The notes under the pieces: model-generated
The model's input: the letters and a program-made list of their open reading frames with translations, nothing else
What the model was told of the DNA's origin: nothing
Database searches by the model: none
Part shown: in pieces, positions 46,369 through 57,434 of the stretch
Layout of the letters: the number at the start of each line of letters is the position of its first letter
Position numbering within the stretch: the first letter of the stretch is position 1
Made by a program: the position numbers and the translations under genes
From: Octopus vulgaris
Lineage: Eukaryota
DNA: 64,000 bases
Reading direction: 5' to 3'
Assembly: GCA_951406725.2 (NCBI GenBank)
Contig: OX597817.1
Location: 176,018,001 to 176,082,000, forward strand

Positions 46369-49010
46369 ATGGAGTTGTTCGAGATTAACGCATCCCTTAA
46401 GGACATACCAATACCACCAAAAGAAACCTTCCTGAAGGAAATTGTCAACAAAACAAATGCATTCATCAACCGAATTAGATGGCTCGCTTTTCTCCATGAT
46501 AACGAGGACTTAAAACAGAACGGTACAGAAACATCTTCCGAATATAAGAAGCTATTCAAGTCGAGGGAGACACCGCCACCCAATCCCAGACGGAAGAAAT
46601 TTGAGGACGACTAGTGGGACATTGTAAGGAGCGTTAAATTCCGTTAATCGCCCCTTAGGAATAAACACCTTAGATACCTCAACAAAATTACCAAAGATAT
46701 AAACAGTTCAGACGCTATCCTGGTCCAATCAGATAAAACCAGGAATACATACAAGCTAGCAAAAAACCAGTATTTAGAATTGCTCAAAAAGCAAATACAG
46801 AAGAATTACAGAACTACGAATAAGGATACACTTAGAAAAGCCAACTTGGAAATTAAGAAAATCATGGTTACTCATGGTTTGCAAATGAAAACACAACCAC
46901 TCAACCCAAAGCAACCAAGATTCATTGTCAAGGACCATAAACCAAACTTCCAAACCAACCCAGCATTAAGGCTCATTTGCCCTTCTAGTTCCGACATCGG
47001 TTCCATCAGTAAGTACATTTTAGATAAATACATACCTAGATTAGTTAATAAGCTTAAACTCAACATATGGTCTAACTCCACTCAAGTCGTAGAATGGTTC
47101 TCTTCCATTTCTAATAAAAATAGTACTAAATTCATTCAATTCGATATTTCCAATTTCTACCCTTCGATAAACCCCATCGTGCTCAATAAGGCCCTATGGC
47201 ACGCACAGAACAAGGCAGGGCTGACAAGGAAGGAAATTAATATAATTCTAGCCGCTAGAAAATCCTTCGTTCAATTCGATGATAAGTTATGGGTCCGTAA
47301 GGATACTCCAAACGCGTTCGATGTGCCAATGGGAAGCTCAGATAGCGCCCAGATAGCCGATTTGGTCGGAATCTATATTGTCTATGAATTATCCGACCAA
47401 TTCCCGGACATCTGCGGCGGTCTATATCGAGACGATTGTCTTTTTTACCTACAGAATGCCCCTAACAGTAGGATACAGAAGACTAAAAGTAGATTAGTTA
47501 GATTTTTCAGCAGGATGGGCATGAGCATAATTTTTGACAACGAACTAACTAAGGCCAATTTCTTAGATGTTACCCTTAATTTGCATATTAATTCTTACTT
47601 CCCTTACCATAAGCCGTCTACGAACCTAAAATATGTCAGTATTTTCAGTAACCATGCAAAAACTATCACCGATAATTCGGTTAAAAATATATCCTTAAGA
47701 CTATCAAAGTTATCAGCAAATGTCGACATTTTTAAACAGAAAGCGGAATTTTATAATGTCGCCTTGTCAAAGGCCGGTTATAGGGATAAGGTATCATATA
47801 TCGATCCGGCCCATCCTAAACTAATATCTGCCCATCAAGATAAGATAACTTCTAATAATAATATAAATAACATAAATAGTGATTTCAGCTCTAGCAACGT
47901 CGACACAAATATATTTTACAATAATAATTTACGGACCAAGGAGGCCAGCGTAAACCAAAACCCATTCTACAACACAGAAATATACCCTTTAATGTAAATG
48001 TCAACACTCTCAGCCATTCCAAGAACAAAAAAAACTATATTTGGTTTGTGATTCCTTTCGGGAGACAAATCAGGTCTAATCTCCTTTTACAATTCCGTGA
48101 AGCCGTTGCTAAGAATTTTCCTAGGAATTTTAGATACTACTCCACTATAAATTCGCATAAAGTAAGAATAACATTCTCAAATACTAAAAATCTTTCGCAG
48201 ATAATAGCTTCCCACAATAATAAGCTGCTAAATAGGGTCTCATCACCCATGAGTAGCGACACCGCCCTTACCCATTCCAACGTAACATACAATAATAATA
48301 ATAACAGAAGTAGTATGGATATTAGCAACATTCATAGCAGCATTAGCGTTAGCAATAGTAATAATGATAATAACATTAGCCAGATTATTAACAGTGGTGG
48401 TGTTAGTGGTAATAGTACCAGCATTCTTAATAACAGTTATATTATTGATGATAACAATCGCAGCATTCCTATAGCCAGGGAATTTGCCGACGATATTACA
48501 ACTAATAGTAATGATAATAAGATGAATAGTATCGTGGCCAAAGCCAGCAACAATTTTTACACCTATCACAACAATAAAAACTCTGTCTTAGTATCGGAAA
48601 CCAACCCCAACAGATTAAAGTTCTTATCCAAAAATTCCAAAATTAGAAACACCACTTACCAATGCAAAATCTCTTCTGGAACTGATGTCTACTTCTACAT
48701 TGGCGCAACCTCTTCTAAATTAGCCCAAAGGATATCCAACCATTATTCCACTTTCAGAGATAAGAGAAAGCAACACAGCACGGGGCTAAGCAAATTAGTC
48801 TGGCGTCTGAAGAACAATAACACTACGTTCAAGCTCGAATGGTCCATTTTGTCGGTGTCCTTCCAGTTTGATAAAGGCAGAAAATGTGGCATCTGTAATT
48901 CCGAACTTTTTCATATTTTGTTCGCCAAAGTCCCTTTAATAAATACAATCGTCGAAAGATCCTACAGGTGTTTACACTGGAAAAGACACACCTTTCACTC
49001 ATATAAATAG
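46369..49010 (+). pseudogene. PLE RT-endonuclease polyprotein with two in-frame stops and one frameshift
   Basis: RT motifs KDHK, RLICP, QFDISNFYPSI, PMGS, GLYRDD, NFLDVTLNL. EN motifs TYQC..YIGAT..RISNH and CGIC..E..CLH. Confidence 0.9.
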
Positions 49011-49562
49011 TGACTAATATAGATAACCCCTCGATTTCCAAAAAAATGTTTGCTATATTTCACCACAATAGTCAAAAAGATTTTCTTATATTCTCAATTA
49101 CTACTATCCATTCTTGCGTTGCCTCTCACCTCGCCCGATTCTTTCTCCCTTTCGCTATCTACTTTCCTTTCTCTACAGTAAACATAATCGAACACACAGA
49201 CCTCTCACCTTACAGCTGTCAGTTTTCTGACATCTACCCATCCACAAACACAATCACGCATTCAAACACACACATACACACATTAAGACAGTTATATAAG
49301 TCACACACACAGGCACTCATTCATAAAGGAAAACATTTAAACCCACCATTCTTTTGACCTGCACTCTCTCACCTTACTATTCTTATGCCTCCCTCCTCCT
49401 ACTTCGTTTGAACACTTGAACCTTTAGAACCTTCTAGATTCTTCTACATTCAGCCACTCTGACGTCACTCCTTATAAAGAGACACTCATTATCGCCATGG
49501 GCTCCTTGAGAGCGGTCAGCTAAAAGTTTTTTGTGCATTTTGATGTCGACATAAGTTCCTTG

Positions 49563-49647
49563 ATTTTCCTGATGAGAAATCTGCATAATGTACTCCTTAT
49601 TCCTTCGGAATTAGGAATATGCAGCCTTCGAAACATATGTCGAGAAT
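49563..49647 (+). ncRNA. Type I hammerhead ribozyme in PLE pLTR (mirror copy at ~45990-46075, minus strand)
   Basis: attttc-CTGATGA-g[extended helix II]c-GAAAC-ATAT-GTC^gagaat, with palindromic helix III ACATATGT. Confidence 0.85.
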
Positions 49648-49851
49648 AAAGGATATTTGTTAACTAGTCGTTCAACTCCATTCTTTCATATACTTATAAT
49701 TTTAAAATAAACATACAAATTTCCGCACGAAGACACGTAGTCTATGCCCTTGGGACGTAGCTTCAACCGTGTTCTTTCTGATCTGAATTTGCTACCCAAG
49801 AATCTGTTATCTTTCGAATCATCCTTAATAAGGTAATTCATTCAACTACTC

Positions 49852-49904
<53 letters not shown>

Positions 49905-49909
<5 letters not shown>

Positions 49910-50232
49910 AAAAATGAAATGAAGAAAATGCTGACAAAATAATTTAAGTAATTTAATTAGGTGAAGTTCTTTTTACCGGTTGCGCATTTGTTATGCTTAT
50001 CAAAAGATTAGAGTTCCTTTCTGATAGATGTTTTCCTCTTATCTCTTTCCAGATAAGAGGAAAAAAATCTATCAGAAAGGAACTCTAATCTTTTGATAAG
50101 CATAACAAATGCGCAACCGGTGAAAAGAACTTTCACCTAATTAAATTACTTAAATTACTTAAATTATTTTGTCAGCATTTTCTTCATTTCCTTTTTTATA
50201 TATCACAACTCGTGTTCCACATCTCCTTTTTT
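49905..50232. mobile_element. Fold-back PLE terminus (~140-bp arms) with variant hammerhead
   Basis: Arms 49907-50044 and 50051-50200. Motif TTGATAA-gcat..atgc-GCAA-CCGGT at 50093-50121. Confidence 0.7.
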
Positions 50233-50369
50233 AAATATATATATGTATATATATATATGCATGTATGTATGTATGCATGTTTATACACATATTAATATTT
50301 AAATATTTAAATCATAATTGTATTTTTAAATTACGTCTTACTTATTTTTTTCTTTTGTATGTATGAATG

Positions 50370-51215
50370 AGCGGTCACCGGAGTGAAAGTTGATCACTTT
50401 ATAGAGTGTTTAGGTGTCTGGAATGGGATAGCTTACATCATGGGCAGGTAGAAGCTCTTTAACATTGATTAAAGGAAATCTCCGAAATGAAACCTGAGGC
50501 CTTGGAAGTTTCTAGCTTTGTCAATTTTCGTGTCACACCGGCGAAACTCTTCTTGGGTCAATAAATGAGGGTAGTGCAATGCAAGCTACACTCACTGAAA
50601 ATTATTTATCTGCGCATGTGCTTCTTGTACACCAAATCTTAGTAAAATCATTGAATTGGTTGGTTGGAAGAAGCCAAAAATGCGCTTGTAACTTAATCTA
50701 AAATGTCTCAAGCAGATTCAGTAAATCGCAAAAAAGGCTTGGGAACGTCAGGGAACAGTTCTGATTCGGCAGATGTCCCAGTGTACCACAGGCTTGGCCC
50801 GGTCGTCATCTTGCCACTATGGTCAAACAATCTTCAAAAAGCTGTAAAAATAAACATTCTCTGAATTTTGGTTGTTGGAATGTGCGCACACTTCTTGATG
50901 ATAACTTCAACAAGAGGCCAGAAAGACGTACTGCACTTATTGCATGTGCGCTTTAAAAAATGTTCCCTTAATACAGTTGCGCTCTCTGAAACTCGTCTCT
51001 TTGATGAGGGTCAAATAAATGAACCTACATATGGATATACTATCTTCTGGAGAAGCCTACCTGAGGGTCAGCGTAGAGAAGCTGGTGTTGGATTTGATCT
51101 CAAGAATTCATTAGTATCTTCTATTGCAGAATTTCCAAGTGGTATATCTGAACGAACCGTGTCATGCGTATAAAACTGGCAAAAGATAGGTTTCTTACCG
51201 TTTATACACCTGTCT
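50370..51215 (+). mobile_element. RTE-clade LINE 5' fragment (5' UTR plus start of AP endonuclease), decayed
   Basis: GCWNVRTLLD..RPERRTAL, VALSETRL, GYTIFW, AGVGF, GISER. Confidence 0.85.
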
Positions 51216-51249
51216 CCGTCTTCTGTTTTTCTGTAATTTTCAGCTATAT

Positions 51250-51296
<47 letters not shown>

Positions 51297-51520
51297 GGTG
51301 TATGTATTTGTGTGTCTGTATTTGCCCACCCCCCACTATCGCTTGACAACCGATGTTGGTGTATTTACGTCCCTGTAACTTAGCGGTTCGGAAAAAGATA
51401 CCGATAGAATAAGTACTAGGCTTACAAAGAATAATTCCTGGAGTCGATTTGTTCGACAAAAGGCGATACTCCAGCATGGCCGCAGTCGAATGACTGAAAC
51501 AAGTAAAAGAAATAAAAGAA
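51250..51520 (+). mobile_element. SINE family A, 3' half
   Basis: Ends ccagcatggccgcagtcgaatgactgaaacaagtaaaag. Confidence 0.85.
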
Positions 51521-52189
51521 ACATATATATACATAGATATAGGTATATATGTGAGTGTATATATATATATATATTTAGATATGTTTGTATAAATATATAT
51601 ACACACACATGTATATACACACATATATATATACATACATATATATATAAATATAAATCAAAATTAAAAACACAACAATTTAATGTATGTATATGTGTGT
51701 GTGTGTGTGTGTGTGTTTGTGTATGTATGTATGTATGTATGTATGTATGTATGTATGTATATATGTATATAGCGTGTCCCATAAATAGGGTTACAGTATA
51801 AGCACTCTACAGGAAAAAAATCTGCTTTTATGAAGACTGAGAGAGTAACATCTGCATGTATTTGAATTATAGTGTATAATCAGGTGTATGCGGAGGTGTG
51901 GGCTTGTTTGTTTGTTTGTATGGTGTTTATAGGCGCGCGCTGTGTGTTGTGAGTGCGTGTGTGTGTGTGTGCTTGAGTTTTTTTTTTTGGTAGCTATGTT
52001 GTGTTCTGTATGAGTGTATGTTGTGTGTGACTGTTGTGTGTATGTTTGTTTGTATGTCTATGTGAATGTGTTTGCGTGTGTGTGTGTGTGTGTAAGCATT
52101 TATCATGTTAAACCACTGTAAAAGGTGAAAACTGTCATGTTCGGATTGGCAGAGAACAAGAATAACCAGCGGCAACAACAAAGCTACTC

Positions 52190-52640
52190 CATCACGCCAT
52201 CACCATCACCATCATCAGTATCAACATCATCATCGTTTTCGCGGCTATCATTTTCACCACCACCACCACCACCACCATTTCCATCATCATCATCACCACA
52301 CCGTCAATCGCCATCGTCGTCGTCATTATCTTCATCATCATCATCGTCATCGTCATCAGCGCCACCACCACTACTACCATCATCATTATCATCATCATCA
52401 TCATCATCATCATCATCTCCAACATTATCACTACCAATATTTACTATCAGAATCACCACCGCCACCACCACTACTATCATCATCATCATCATCATCCTCA
52501 GCACTCGACCCATCATCAGCATCAGCATCATCATTGTCGTCGCTACTATCATTTTCACCACCAACACCACTACCATTTTCTTCCCCCTCCTCCTCCTCCT
52601 CCTCCTCCTCCTCCTCCTCATCATCATCATCATCATTTTC
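52190..52640. repeat. (CAT)n/(CAC)n/(CCT)n trinucleotide low-complexity tract
   Basis: Read directly from the sequence. Confidence 0.9.
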
Positions 52641-53446
52641 ATCCACAGCACTAGTATCACCAACAGCAGTCATACATCGACACCAATAACAAATTCATAT
52701 CAGTTATGTCAGAACTGGAAATTCTGAAATTTCTCTGAGGACATATGTTAATTTTTGAAGGAAAGAGGGTAGAGAAAGTGTGTGAGAAAGAGAGGGAGAG
52801 AGAGAGGGGGAGGATGGAGATGGAAAGAGGGAAGGGAGAGGTGGAGAGGAAGAGAAAGAGAGAAGGAAAGAAGGAAGGAGAAATAGATGGAGAGAAAAGA
52901 GAAACAGGTGGAGGGAAATGAGAAACGGGTGGAGGGAAATGAGAAACAGGTGGAGGGACGGGGAAAAGATGTCAGATAACAAGGAAATAAGAATTTCGCT
53001 AAAATCGTTAGAAAACATTTAAAACAAAAAACACCGCAGAATAAAGGCCAAAAAAAAACAGTAAATAGCATAGAATAAAATGAAATAAAAAATGCATATT
53101 TTTATTGAAATTAATTCAATTTCAAAGTTGAATGGATTATATGTCAAAATCAAAACCTTAAGACGTAAACAGTTTTGAGAAATTTTAGCAAAATTGATTT
53201 TAAATTATATTGCTGGGTTTGAAACGTAATTGTTCTTGATGATGTTGTTGTTGTTATTTTTGTTATTGTTACTGCTGCTTCGGCTTAGCTCCAGGTGACG
53301 CCTGAGTAAGCAGACATATGATTAAACTTGTTCCATTTGTGGCCATCACTTCAAATATATTTAGGCCAGCACTTCTCAACCCTTTCTACTGCAGAGACTT
53401 TTTGTTTCACATAATGGCTTTTTACAAACGCCCGTCCGAACGATTT

Positions 53447-54479
53447 GCCTGGACAGGTGTCTTCTACTATAGCCTCGGGTCGACCAAAGCCTTGTGAGTG
53501 GGTTTGGTTGACGGAAACTGAAAGAAGCCCATTGTGTGTATATATATATATATAATTTAAAAATTGAGGGAGATAAATTAATATTAATTTTAATATCAAT
53601 TTAAAACCAGTAGTCCAGCATTCAAAAATCTGAGGAGTCAGAGAAAATTCAAATATATGTGTATATTGGCAGGGCTGGCCTGCTAGGTAGCCGGCCAGAA
53701 TGCTAGAAGAAGATCATAAACGATCAAACTACAAGGGAAATTCTCTAGAGGAAGAATTCAGCGAACACCAGAGCACCAAAAATCTGAGGAGTCAGAGAAA
53801 ATTCAAATATATGTGTATATTGTTGGTTCTGGTGTTCACTGAATTCTTCCTCTAGAGAATTTCCCTTGTAGTTTGATCGTTGATGATCTTCTTCTAGCAT
53901 TCTGGCCGGCTACCTAGCAGGCCAGCCCTGCCAATATACACATATATTTGAATTTTCTCTGACTCCTCAGATTTTTTGAATGCTGGACTACTGGTTTTAA
54001 ATTGATATTAAAATTAATATTAATTTATCTCCCTCAATTTTTAAATATTTAAATAAATACGTTCCCTAGTTGTAAGCACTATCCGCAGTGAATTATTCAC
54101 TGCAGTCCTTCGCTTCAGGAGTCTCTCAGCGCGCCAGAACCAAGACATTTGAAATTTTATTCCCGATGTAATCAGTAAGACTAAGCACGTGTCTGTCTTG
54201 ACACAGAGAGCTGGGGTTAGTCTTGCGGTTTGCATCACGAGGACCGAATGTGCTGAAGAAGTCACGGACACTTGAATTATGCAAGTAATTCTTTTGTTAA
54301 GACCGAAACCGAGGTATGCATTTAAGTCTGTTATTTATTTAATTTTTCATATGTCCTGCCCGCCAAAGTTGGTTCTGGTGTTCGCTGAATTCTTCCTCTA
54401 GAGAATTTCCCTTGTAGTTTGATCGTTGATGATCTTCTTCTAGCATTCTGGACGGCTACCTAGCAGGCCAGCCCTGCCA

Positions 54480-54544
<65 letters not shown>

Positions 54545-54762
54545 AGTGTCTTTGTGTCTGTGTTTGTTCCCCACCCTCACTATCGCTTGACAACTGATGT
54601 TGGTGTATTTATGTCCGCTAGCGGTTCGGCAAAAGACACCGATAGGATAAGTCCTAGGCTTACAAAAAATAAGCCCTGGAGTCGATTTCTTTGACTAAAA
54701 CCCTTTAAGACAGTGCTCCAGCATAACCGCAGTCAAATGACTGAAACGCGTAAAAGAATAAA
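53447..54762 (+). mobile_element. SINE family A split at its internal (TA)n by a fold-back element
   Basis: 5' half at 53447-53535 and 3' half at ~54490-54762. Confidence 0.85.
53555..54487. mobile_element. Non-coding PLE-like element: inverted copy, 546-bp monomer and partial tandem repeat
   Basis: 53555-53775 is inverted to 53822-54046. 53822-53940 is repeated directly at 54368-54487. 53779-53822 duplicates 53623-53668. Confidence 0.75.
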
Positions 54763-54777
54763 ATTTTAAAATTCCAA

Positions 54778-55163
54778 TTTTGGTACAAGGCCAGCAATTT
54801 TAAGCGAGGGGATAAGTCGTTAAACCGACCCCAGTACTTTGACTGATACTTTACTTTATCGATCGTGGAAGGATGAAAATAAATTTGAGCTCGGTGGAAT
54901 TTGAACTCATAACCCGAAGACAGACAAAATGACTCTAAGCTTTTGTTCAGTGTGCACGCTGCCTTAATAATAATGATAACAATGATGATGATGATGATGA
55001 TGACGAAAACAGCAACAATCTTTTCTACTCTAGGCACAAGGCCCGAAATTTAGGGGGAGGGCAGCAGACGATTAGAACGACCCCAGTGCGCAACTGGTAC
55101 TAAATTTATCGACCCCGAAAGGATGAAAGGCAAAGTCAACCTCGGCAGAATTCGAACTCAGAA
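54778..55163 (-). mobile_element. Two SINE family B copies (ATT-tail)
   Basis: Copies at 54778-54965 and 55020-55163. Confidence 0.8.
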
Positions 55164-55165
55164 GC

Positions 55166-55292
<127 letters not shown>

Positions 55293-55300
55293 TAATAATA

Positions 55301-57166
55301 ATGATTGACTATAAAAAGGCCTTCGACAGTATACCGCATCCATGGATCTTGAGATCGCTGGACATCTTCAAAATTTCCCCTGTGATTTCAAACTTCCTGA
55401 AGCACAATATGTCGTTGTGGAATACGAATCTCCAATTATACCACTCTAATGGAGTACTTGCCTCAGAAAATATAAACATCAACTGTGGAATTTTTCAAGG
55501 TGACTCACTTTCACCTTTAATATTCTGCATAGCCCTAATACCCCTTACAAGTGAATTAAACAGAACAGGGTATGGGTATAAAATTGCCAATAAAAAAATA
55601 AGCCATCTATTTTATATGGATGACTTAAAACTTTATGGTAAAGACAATAATGAACTTGAAGGCCTATTGCGCACCGTGAAATCATTCAGCGATGACATCG
55701 GGATGGAGTTTGGACTTGAGAAGTGTGCCAAGGCCACTTTCCAGAAAGGGAAAGTGAAGACCACAAATTCAGTCGTGTTAGATGTTGACACAGTCATAAG
55801 AGAGCTTGAGCAAGAACAAACATACAAATATTTAGGGATAAATGAAGGCTCTGGTATTCAGCATGCAAGCATGAAAGAGAAAATCAGGAAGGAATGTTAT
55901 AGGAGAGTTCGTGCAGTCCTGAAATCTGAACTAAATGCACGTAACAAGGTGTTAGCTATAAATTCCCTAGCAGTTCCAGTTGTTACTTATAGCTACAATG
56001 TGTTGAACTGGAATATGAGTGAAGTAAAGAATATAGATAGAAAAATACGCAAGCTGCTGAGTTGTAATAGGATGCACCACCCAAAGGCAGACGTAGACCG
56101 CCTTTACCTTCCCAGAGCCCAAGGAGGTCGAGGCCTGATCCAATTTGAACTAGCTTACAAAACAACCACAATTGGACTGGCCAAATATCTCGAAATATCG
56201 AATGACTGGATGCTAAAGCTCGTGGAAAATCACGAGAGACGAAAGAAGCTTCATTCTATCATCAAGGAAAGCAAACAATTTGCTATTGATCTCGTGCAGG
56301 ATACCCAAACTGAACAACCCGAGGGAAGTACGGCAACTATTGCTGCAAAGAAGGTGAAAATGATGGCAATGAAAAAAGCGCACGAGCAATTGGCTGATAG
56401 GTGGGAGGAGAAACCTCTGCACGGCAAATATGTGACCCGCAGCAAACAAGCTGATGTTGACCAGAAGCAAACCCATCAGTGGCTGCGGAGCTCAGGGCTA
56501 AAAGCAGAGAGCGAAGGTTTCATCCTGGCTGCTCAAGACCAAAGCCTATCAACCCGGAACTACCAGGCCAATGTGATGAAAAATGGAGCAGACCCAAAAT
56601 GCCGATTCTGCAACGACATGATTGAAACAGTGGACCACCTAATCTCTGGATGTAAAGTCTTAGCACCAGTGGAGTATAAATTAAGACATGACAGAGTTGG
56701 CCAATATCTCCACTGGCTAATAAGTCGGCATTACAATATCAAAACTGCCGACAAGTGGTATAATCACCACCCTGAGGCTGTAACTGAAGGAGAAAATGTA
56801 ACCATTCTGTGGGACTTTCCAGTACATACAGACCGAACCATCAAGGCCAATAAACCAGATATTGTTGTGAAAGACCAAAACAATAAAGTTTGCTTATTGA
56901 TCGACATGAGCATCCCCTGTGATCATAATATCTCAGCGAAAGAGTTTGACAAGCTCAGAAAATATAAAGACTTACTCATTGAAATTGAGAAAATGTGGCA
57001 TCTCAAGGCGGTTACAATACCAGTGATCGTAGGAGCACTAGGAATGATCAAGAAGGGAACCGAAAATTATATGAGAATGATCCCTGGCTTACCATCCCTG
57101 CAAGAAGTGCAAAAGATTGTCTTAACTGGTACATCACACGTATTGAGAAGAGCATTGTCGATGTGA
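55301..57166 (+). CDS. RT, CCHC knuckle and restriction-like endonuclease (uninterrupted 621-aa C-terminal part; the ATG is created by the junction)
   Basis: DYKKAFDS, GIFQGDSLSP, YMDD, YKYLG, GGRGL, CRFC..H..C, RHD, KPDIVV..LID, KLRKYKDL. Confidence 0.9.
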   Translation: MIDYKKAFDSIPHPWILRSLDIFKISPVISNFLKHNMSLWNTNLQLYHSNGVLASENININCGIFQGDSLSPLIFCIALIPLTSELNRTGYGYKIANKKISHLFYMDDLKLYGKDNNELEGLLRTVKSFSDDIGMEFGLEKCAKATFQKGKVKTTNSVVLDVDTVIRELEQEQTYKYLGINEGSGIQHASMKEKIRKECYRRVRAVLKSELNARNKVLAINSLAVPVVTYSYNVLNWNMSEVKNIDRKIRKLLSCNRMHHPKADVDRLYLPRAQGGRGLIQFELAYKTTTIGLAKYLEISNDWMLKLVENHERRKKLHSIIKESKQFAIDLVQDTQTEQPEGSTATIAAKKVKMMAMKKAHEQLADRWEEKPLHGKYVTRSKQADVDQKQTHQWLRSSGLKAESEGFILAAQDQSLSTRNYQANVMKNGADPKCRFCNDMIETVDHLISGCKVLAPVEYKLRHDRVGQYLHWLISRHYNIKTADKWYNHHPEAVTEGENVTILWDFPVHTDRTIKANKPDIVVKDQNNKVCLLIDMSIPCDHNISAKEFDKLRKYKDLLIEIEKMWHLKAVTIPVIVGALGMIKKGTENYMRMIPGLPSLQEVQKIVLTGTSHVLRRALSM

Positions 57167-57352
57167 GAACTGTTGCTGCTCATGCATTTTAATTTAACTT
57201 TAAAAAAAAAAAAAAAATAAAAAAAAAAAAATGAACGAACTACTGAGTTTGGTTTAATAGCCTACCAATATACACTATGAGTTTCTTTGCCCTAGGAGTC
57301 GGGAAGACACTCGGCAAGAAATGGAAGAAAATTTGAAAGAAGAAAAAAAAAA
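55301..57352 (+). mobile_element. R4/Dong-type RLE LINE family 1, 5'-truncated, in (TAA)n
   Basis: Flanked by long (TAA)n on both sides, with a 3' UTR at 57167-57352. Confidence 0.93.
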
Positions 57353-57353
57353 A

Positions 57354-57431
<78 letters not shown>

Positions 57432-57434
<3 letters not shown>

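Larger units (their letters stand above)
45941..49853 (+). mobile_element. Near-full-length Penelope-like element (RT plus C-terminal GIY-YIG, Nematis-like) with inverted 5' pseudo-LTR, inserted in (TA)n
   Basis: 45941-46308 is the reverse complement of 49320-49696. The element has RT and EN ORFs, a hammerhead in the pLTR, and (TA)n on both flanks. Confidence 0.93.

Noticed and set aside
53665-53712. GC-rich stem as an HDV-like ribozyme
   Set aside because: I could not build the nested double pseudoknot (no P2 partner).
54160-54240. Hairpin as a SECIS element (Naiad selenoprotein type)
   Set aside because: No AUGA/GA quartet with correctly spaced apical adenines is visible on either strand.
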